The position numbers and the translations under genes were made by a program. From an uncultured Bacteroidales bacterium (GTDB lineage: Bacteria > Bacteroidota > Bacteroidia > Bacteroidales > VadinHA17), in NCBI GenBank assembly GCA_963739685.1, contig CAVUAX010000002.1, forward strand, positions 712,323 through 776,322: a stretch of 64,000 nucleotides of DNA, given 5' to 3'. This document shows, piece by piece, positions 59,574 to 64,000 of this stretch (the first letter of the stretch is position 1; the number at the start of each line of letters is the position of its first letter). Below the pieces are notes generated by a model that was not told the DNA's origin, ran no database searches, and saw only the letters and a program-made list of their open reading frames with translations.

Positions 59574-59974
59574 CCTTAATATATTCTCCCCCAAAAGTAG
59601 TATTAAAAAGCCTTAATGAGAATATCCTGAACAGGAATGCATAAATAAAATGACTTTAAGATACCTGATGATATATCAGGTTTTTCCATTAATAAATGAT
59701 TTAATGATAACCTCAGGGAATTCCTTTTTTAGACGAAACTGGGCCAGTCTTCCATAACGAAAAGATATTCAAATCTTATGCCAGGTTAAATTACAGAAGA
59801 ATAAACAATGAGGGTGATAATAAAAGAGCTGACTCTATCAGAATTCTCAAACTTCAGTTATATGAATTAACTTATTTCCTGGTCCAATAGTTCAAATTTT
59901 CTGTTAATAAGAAAATATTTATTGCAACTTTTAGAAATTGTATTTATATTGCACCCGTTAAAACAAATTAAAGA

Positions 59975-60055
59975 ATGATCTATTTATCACAGTCTGAATC
60001 CTGGTGGTGGCACAGCAAAATTCGCTGTTGTGTTAAGCAATTATACCCGGAATGA
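59975..60055 (+). CDS. trpL: trp operon leader peptide (26 aa) with three consecutive Trp codons
   Basis: My own translation is MIYLSQSESWWWHSKIRCCVKQLYPE. TGG TGG TGG lies at 60002-60010. It is followed by a terminator hairpin and then trpE. Confidence 0.7.
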   Translation: MIYLSQSESWWWHSKIRCCVKQLYPE

Positions 60056-60086
60056 AATAAATTGATTTTCTGAATTCAAAATATAA

Positions 60087-60127
60087 TAAGGGAGCCCGCT
60101 TGACACAGCGGGCTCCCTTATTATATT
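60087..60127 (+). terminator. trp attenuator terminator
   Basis: TAAGGGAGCCCGC-TTGACACA-GCGGGCTCCCTTA (13-bp stem) followed by TTATATT, 58 nt upstream of the trpE ATG. Confidence 0.7.
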
Positions 60128-60184
60128 AATGCCATAATGAAAATACAGAAATATTGGAAATGACTTTTAAAACTAAGATTTAAT

Positions 60185-61606
60185 ATGCAAAACAGGTACA
60201 CTTTACAATTTAAAACGCAGGAATTACCTGCTGATACCCTTACACCGGTGGGTATTTACCTCAGGTTAAGGGATGTATACCCTGGTTCCCTTCTTCTTGA
60301 ATGTACCGACTATAGCTCACGGACTAATGCATTTTCTTATCTATGCTTTAGTCCTGTTCTTGGTATAGAGATTATGGAAGATAAGCTGAGGACTTATTTT
60401 CCCGGGGACAAAGTGAAAAACACTAATCTCCTGAATGTTATTGACCAGGTTAACAACTTTCTGGAAACCTTTGAAGTAAATGGTAAAACTGTAAAAAATG
60501 CGGGTTCGCATGGTTTGTTTGGATTTACTTCCTTCGATAGTGCACTGTTATTTGAAAAGTACGATGCACACATAGTTAATAAAGCCGTCAGGGAAAGAGA
60601 GGTACCTTTTCTTAAATATGATTTTTATAAAGTAGTACTTACTTTCAACCATTTTAACGAAACTCTAACTGTTACGGAGTACTACAACGATGATCTCCCG
60701 ATTGGTGAGGGTGATAAAATCCTTTCCCTTTTAGCTAATCATAATTTTACGAGTTATCCGTTTAAACTGGAAGATCAGGAGGAAAGTCTGATAAGTGATT
60801 CGGAATTCAAATCAATGGTGGCTGATGCTGTTAAACATTGCGCCCGGGGAGATGTTTTTCAAATGGTTGTTTCACGTCGCTATAAGCAACGATTCAGCGG
60901 CGATGAATTTAATGTTTACAGGGCACTGCGTTCGGTTAATCCATCACCCTACCTTTTTTACTTCGACTATATTGCATATAAGATTTTTGGTTCATCACCC
61001 GAAGCACAGCTAAAAGTTGAAAACGGTAAGGCAATTATTAATCCGATAGCAGGAACCATTCGTCGGACGGGTGATACCAGGGCCGATTTCAAATCAGCAC
61101 AGGAGTTACTTGAAAATCCCAAAGAAAATTCTGAACATGTAATGCTTGTTGATCTTGCCCGTAACGATCTCAGCCGCAGTTGCACCAACGTGAAAGTTGA
61201 AATTTACAAAGAAGTCCAGGCATTTTCCCATCTCTGGCATCTGGTGTCTACTGTAAGTGGTGAACTTAATAAAAATATGACACCATTTACTGTTTTTGCC
61301 AGGACCTTTCCTGCTGGTACCCTTTCCGGGGCTCCAAAGCATAAAGCAATAGAACTTATCAGCAGGTCAGAGGTATCATCACGTGGTTATTACGGAGGGG
61401 CAATCGGGTACATTGGGCTGAATGGCTCTCTTAACCAGGCAATTATAATTCGCTCTTTTTTCAGTAAAGGAGGAGCTCTCAGTTTTCAGGCAGGCGCAGG
61501 GATTGTAATTAATTCAACAGAAGAAGGGGAACTAAAGGAAGTGAGTAATAAATTGGACGCACTTCGCACCGCCTTAAAAAAAGCTTTAACATACATAAAA
61601 TTTTAA
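60185..61606 (+). CDS. trpE: Anthranilate synthase component I
   Basis: 473 aa. LLECTDYS (Trp feedback region), NPSPYLFYF, GSSPE, ELLENPKENSEHVMLVDLARNDL and FPAGTLSGAPK. Confidence 0.95.
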   Translation: MQNRYTLQFKTQELPADTLTPVGIYLRLRDVYPGSLLLECTDYSSRTNAFSYLCFSPVLGIEIMEDKLRTYFPGDKVKNTNLLNVIDQVNNFLETFEVNGKTVKNAGSHGLFGFTSFDSALLFEKYDAHIVNKAVREREVPFLKYDFYKVVLTFNHFNETLTVTEYYNDDLPIGEGDKILSLLANHNFTSYPFKLEDQEESLISDSEFKSMVADAVKHCARGDVFQMVVSRRYKQRFSGDEFNVYRALRSVNPSPYLFYFDYIAYKIFGSSPEAQLKVENGKAIINPIAGTIRRTGDTRADFKSAQELLENPKENSEHVMLVDLARNDLSRSCTNVKVEIYKEVQAFSHLWHLVSTVSGELNKNMTPFTVFARTFPAGTLSGAPKHKAIELISRSEVSSRGYYGGAIGYIGLNGSLNQAIIIRSFFSKGGALSFQAGAGIVINSTEEGELKEVSNKLDALRTALKKALTYIKF

Positions 61607-61611
61607 AAATT

Positions 61612-62190
61612 ATGGCAAGAATATTAGTTGTTGATAATTACGACTCTTTTACTTACAATCTTGTACAGTATGTGGAGAACATAGGAAACCATCAGGTAGA
61701 TGTTCTTCTGAACGACGAAATTCCTCTCGGAAAAGCAGCCTCCTATGATGGAATAATTCTTTCGCCCGGACCGGGAATACCCTCCGAAGCAGGATTACTT
61801 AAGCCGCTGATTGACAAGTATAAATCTACCAAACGGATTTTTGGTGTATGTCTTGGGCAACAAGCTATTGCAGAGGTGTTTGGCGGAACATTGCTAAATC
61901 TCACAACTGTTTATCATGGTGTTGCCACTCCGGTAACTTTTAGCCGGCCAAAACACTACCTGTTCGAAGACCTGCCCGATACTATAGAGGCAGGAAGATA
62001 CCACTCATGGGTAGTAGAGACCACGACACTACCTGACTGCCTGAAGATCGAGGCCTTTGACAATGAAGGACAAATTATGGCATTGAGCCATAAAGAATTC
62101 GATGTTTGCAGTGTTCAGTTTCATCCTGAATCAGTATTAACTCCATTTGGGGTTAACATCATATCAAATTGGTTGAGGATGTTTAAATAA
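61612..62190 (+). CDS. trpG: Anthranilate synthase component II (glutamine amidotransferase)
   Basis: ILVVDNYDSFTYNLVQY, catalytic GVCLGQQAI, and QFHPESV. Confidence 0.95.
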   Translation: MARILVVDNYDSFTYNLVQYVENIGNHQVDVLLNDEIPLGKAASYDGIILSPGPGIPSEAGLLKPLIDKYKSTKRIFGVCLGQQAIAEVFGGTLLNLTTVYHGVATPVTFSRPKHYLFEDLPDTIEAGRYHSWVVETTTLPDCLKIEAFDNEGQIMALSHKEFDVCSVQFHPESVLTPFGVNIISNWLRMFK

Positions 62191-62257
62191 TTATTCTCTT
62201 AATAGCTGATATGAGAACTTTGAATTTTATTACAGGAATTAAACTCATCAGAACTGA

Positions 62258-63250
62258 ATGAAACAACTACTTCTAAAACTTATCGAATGTCAGAAGCTGA
62301 CATTCGAAGAATCACATTCACTTATGAATGGTATTGCACATAATGAGGTTAACGATTCACAAATTTCTTCCATCCTGACTGCGTTTATTATCAGGACGAT
62401 TTCCATTGAAGAGCTTCGTGGTTTTCGTCAGGCACTGATTGACCTTGCTGTCCGCGTTAACCTGAATGATGGATATGGTATTGACCTCTGCGGAACAGGT
62501 GGCGATGGTAAAAATACTTTCAATATTTCCACGGTATCTTCCTTTGTGGTCGCTGCGGCAGGTTATCCTGTTATAAAACATGGAAATTATGGCGCCACAT
62601 CTGTAAGTGGTTCTTCGAATGTAATGGAATATCTGGGTTATCGCTTTTCAAAGGAAGAGGATAAACTTCAAAAGGAGCTTGCTGCAGCTGGTATCTGTTT
62701 TCTTCACGCACCCCTGTTTCATCCGGCATTAAAGGTGGTAGGACCTATCCGGAAACAGCTTGGAATAAAAACCTTCTTTAATATGCTGGGCCCTCTTGTA
62801 AATCCTGCAAATCCGGCATATCAGCTTTCCGGCGTTTACAACTCAGAAGTAGGAAGGATTTATTCCTACTTCCTGCAGGCTGAAAATAAAAAATTTACAG
62901 TCCTTCATTCACTAGATGGTTACGATGAGGTTTCCTTAACCTCCCCGGTGAAGCTTTTCACACATAATGGTGAAACCCTGGTAAACTTTGAAGAAAAAGG
63001 CCTGAAGAAACTGAAACCCAGTCATATTGAAGGAGGCGAAAACCTGAAAGAAGCTGCAAGAATATTTATATCGATATTGGAGAATCAGGCTACCACGGAA
63101 CAACATTCCGTGGTTTTGGCAAACTCTGCTTTGGCCATAAGTTGTATTGATGAGTCAAAAAGCCTGGAGGATTCACTGGCTTTGGCACACGAGACTATTA
63201 TCTCAGGGAAAGCTTACGGAATATTCAAAAATTTAATTAACATGCAATAA
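62258..63250 (+). CDS. trpD: Anthranilate phosphoribosyltransferase
   Basis: DLCGTGGDGKNTFNIST, KHGNYG, FFNMLGPLVNP. Confidence 0.95.
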   Translation: MKQLLLKLIECQKLTFEESHSLMNGIAHNEVNDSQISSILTAFIIRTISIEELRGFRQALIDLAVRVNLNDGYGIDLCGTGGDGKNTFNISTVSSFVVAAAGYPVIKHGNYGATSVSGSSNVMEYLGYRFSKEEDKLQKELAAAGICFLHAPLFHPALKVVGPIRKQLGIKTFFNMLGPLVNPANPAYQLSGVYNSEVGRIYSYFLQAENKKFTVLHSLDGYDEVSLTSPVKLFTHNGETLVNFEEKGLKKLKPSHIEGGENLKEAARIFISILENQATTEQHSVVLANSALAISCIDESKSLEDSLALAHETIISGKAYGIFKNLINMQ

Positions 63251-63320
63251 TATAAAGTTCCTGGAGTGACCTTAATTGTGGAGTGCTTATACTTTATACT
63301 AAAAAGAAACCTGATCACAA

Positions 63321-64000
63321 ATGACTATTCTGGATAAGATTGTTGCCAATAAGTACAGGGAGGTGGAAGAACGGAAATCTATTTACCCTGTCAGTATGCT
63401 GGAAAAAAGTGATTTTTTTCACAGGAATCCCTTTTCTCTGAGACAATCCCTGCTCAGGAAAGAGTTGCCTGGCATCATTGCCGAATTTAAACGTAAATCA
63501 CCCTCCAGGGGTATCATGAATGAATCTGCCTCATCAGGAAAAGTATGTCTGGAATATTTGAATGCCGGTACTTCCGCTGTGTCAATTCTTACAGATTCAG
63601 ATTTTTTCGGTGGCTCATCTTATGATTTAATAAGTGCACGGCAGTATATTGATTGTCCTGTTCTAAGAAAAGATTTTATCATTGACGAGTACCAGATAAT
63701 TGAAGCACGGTCAATAGGAGCCGACGCAATTTTGTTAATAACTGAATTGCACCAGGCTGAAAAGCTGGAGCAGCTTTACAGGTTTGCACGGTCACTGGAA
63801 CTTGAAGTACTGGTTGAAGTGCATGATGAGACAAACATCTCAAAGATTCCCTGCGATGCTCAACTGGTAGGCATTAACAGCCGAAATCTTGCATCTTTAA
63901 GTGTCAGCCTTGACCATCCTTTCCGGCTTATTCAACATCTCCCTAAGGATGTATTAAAAGTTGCTGAAAGTGGAATTAAATCAGTATCAGATTATATAGC
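63321..64000 (+). CDS. trpC: Indole-3-glycerol phosphate synthase, 5' part (runs off the window end; absent from the ORF track)
   Basis: ATG at 63321. My own translation is MTILDKIVANKYREVEERKS...IIAEFKRKSPSRG...LRKDFIIDEYQIIEARSIGADAILLI. The frame stays open to base 64000. Confidence 0.9.
   Translation, partial: MTILDKIVANKYREVEERKSIYPVSMLEKSDFFHRNPFSLRQSLLRKELPGIIAEFKRKSPSRGIMNESASSGKVCLEYLNAGTSAVSILTDSDFFGGSSYDLISARQYIDCPVLRKDFIIDEYQIIEARSIGADAILLITELHQAEKLEQLYRFARSLELEVLVEVHDETNISKIPCDAQLVGINSRNLASLSVSLDHPFRLIQHLPKDVLKVAESGIKSVSDYI

Noticed and set aside
59663-59685. Terminator-like hairpin ACCTGAT-GATAT-ATCAGGT plus TTTT on the plus strand
   Set aside because: No plus-strand gene lies upstream for it to terminate. 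The stem is short and AT-rich, so it is probably fortuitous.

Overview
The window is an AT-rich chromosomal segment that looks like Bacteroidota. Supporting marks are a T9SS C-terminal sorting domain, GWxTD and DUF1573 proteins, TPR/PD40 envelope proteins, and TAnnTTTG -7 promoter boxes a short distance upstream of many starts. Most of it is ordinary housekeeping: recR (3' end), a 2-oxoacid dehydrogenase E2, rlmN, rlmD, an ABC-F ATPase, rlmB, clpS, bcp, recA, miaA, smpB, uvrA, lpd, a Znu-type metal ABC transporter, a two-component system, metY, cysK and trpE-G-D-C. Four things are not explained by ordinary gene annotation. (1) Two convergent tRNA-Ser genes (anticodons CGA and GCU) differ in their 5' two-thirds. 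From the T arm onward they share a near-identical trailer (terminator, 61-nt palindrome) followed by arrays of an 80-bp noncoding tandem repeat, about 6 copies on one side and about 3.6 on the other. The two loci are mirror images and bracket a 6.4-kb cassette holding a Met-rich dihaem cytochrome c, NupC, an L,D-transpeptidase cluster and a lipoprotein. I consider this the best candidate for something undescribed. (2) A 764-bp non-coding insertion between cysK and a LuxR-type response regulator has terminal inverted repeats and 33-bp flanking direct repeats. Inside it are two convergent copies of a roughly 100-nt three-hairpin module whose stems covary. (3) A trp leader peptide with three consecutive Trp codons plus a terminator hairpin sits upstream of trpE. 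(4) Three GTTAA repeats at 11-bp phasing lie in the divergent promoter region of an OmpR-family two-component system. No integrase, transposase, CRISPR array, rRNA or recognisable defence system is visible. All calls rest on reading the sequence and remembered family motifs, with no searches run.
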